Positions 63,222 to 64,000 of a stretch of DNA of 64,000 nucleotides are shown piece after piece; position 1 is the stretch's first letter; every line of letters begins with the position of its first letter. Origin of the DNA: an uncultured Myxococcales bacterium (GTDB lineage Bacteria; Myxococcota_A; SURF-8; CAYNVS01); contig CAYNVS010000005.1 in the NCBI GenBank assembly GCA_964400725.1, positions 8,632 to 72,631 on the forward strand, read 5' to 3'. The notes beneath the pieces were generated by a model. It saw only the letters and a list, made by a program, of their open reading frames with translations, searched no databases and had not been told where the DNA came from. The position numbers were made by a program, and so were the translations under genes.

Positions 63222-64000
63222 ATGAGAAACAGTTCAATAATTTTCCGAGCTTTTATTTTCGCGGCGGCGCTGCCGGTCATTACGCTCTTCGGCTGCTCTT
63301 CCGGCGGAGGAGAAACTAACGACAACGGCGACGAGGAAGCCGCGGCCGAAACCGACAAGGACAGAGACGCGGACTCGAGAGAAAACGACGAAGAATTAAT
63401 AATGGATGAAGAGCCGGCGGCGGAGGAAGAGCCCGTAGTCGAGGACGACTCGGAGAACGAAGGCGCCGCCGAGGAAGAAGCCGAGCCGGAAATTGAAGAA
63501 TCGCTGCCGCCGTGCAACGGAGCCTGCCAAGGAAACGACGTTTGCCACGAGCAGATAAAAGGCGGCGAATGCCTTAAAAACTGCAACACGGGCGAAAGCG
63601 ACAAAGTTGCGGACGCCTTCTGTTACGCCCAGACGGTAGGCGAAGGTCAAAGCGCCTTCGACTTCTACTGCCGCGCCGACGGACAATGCCGCCTGACGGA
63701 GTTCGGCGAAACCTGCGCATCCCGCGCTCAAAAAGCCGCCGACGGATTCGCTATAGACTGCGCGGCCGCATGCCAAAAGATGAACGCCTGCACGCCGGGC
63801 GAAACGGGATGTCTGGCGCGCTGCAACTCCGGCTCTTACGAGTGGAACTCCGGTTTCTCCGCCCGCTTGGGCGAATGCTTTGTAAACGCGCAGGACTGCG
63901 GTTCCGGAGGCAACCTGGGCAACTACTGCTTTGGAAAGGTTTTTTCAGATATGCAGACAGCCGGCGAAATTCCGGCGTACGCGTCGGACGGCTGCTCCGC
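63222..64000 (+). CDS. cysteine-rich lipoprotein, 3'-truncated by window edge
   Basis: ATG 63222 (MRNSSIIFRAFIFAAALPVITLFGCSSGGGETNDNGDEE...) with lipobox and acidic linker, then Cys-rich modules. It has no stop before the window end, so it is absent from the ORF track. Confidence 0.65.
   Translation, partial: MRNSSIIFRAFIFAAALPVITLFGCSSGGGETNDNGDEEAAAETDKDRDADSRENDEELIMDEEPAAEEEPVVEDDSENEGAAEEEAEPEIEESLPPCNGACQGNDVCHEQIKGGECLKNCNTGESDKVADAFCYAQTVGEGQSAFDFYCRADGQCRLTEFGETCASRAQKAADGFAIDCAAACQKMNACTPGETGCLARCNSGSYEWNSGFSARLGECFVNAQDCGSGGNLGNYCFGKVFSDMQTAGEIPAYASDGCS

Overview
The window reads as roughly 58% GC bacterial chromosome (estimated by eye, not computed) from an anaerobe. The evidence for anaerobiosis is hypF-hypC-hypD hydrogenase maturation genes, a PerR-type operon encoding rubrerythrin, desulfoferrodoxin, Tpx and ferritin, and a NuoE/NuoF/NuoG-like Bfu-type flavin-Fe-S oxidoreductase operon. 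The organism carries many lipoproteins that share a GC(G/S)SSGG-plus-acidic leader. Housekeeping genes include hutI, lon, cysK, gltX, ribD, mtnA, relA/spoT, a clpX-like gene and a tRNA-His. Two clearly AT-rich segments interrupt the GC-rich backbone on either side of relA/spoT. The first (about 14.0-16.5 kb) is a type II restriction-modification pair whose alpha-class methyltransferase is split by a +1 frameshift at an A8 homopolymer. The second (about 19.4-21.2 kb) encodes an ImmA/IrrE-type metallopeptidase and a chimeric 570-aa protein: a novel low-GC N-terminal region with weak nucleotidyl-cyclase-like motifs fused in-frame to a GC-rich guanylate kinase, at the conserved gmk-spoT position. 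A third unusual gene is a K+ channel with three tandem TxGYG pore modules in one polypeptide followed by a single RCK domain. Other points worth a second look are the Bfu-like large subunit with an embedded GltD/NfnB-type domain and no hydrogenase or FDH catalytic motifs, and a REC plus tandem RAM-domain regulator. A poly-Cys MGCCCC-wHTH mini-protein sits in the PerR operon and there are three paralogous sulerythrin-like diiron proteins. Finally, the tRNA-His lacks an encoded G-1, and the cysteine-rich repeat lipoproteins carry near-identical internal DNA repeats. All calls rest on motif recognition by eye; no database search was run.
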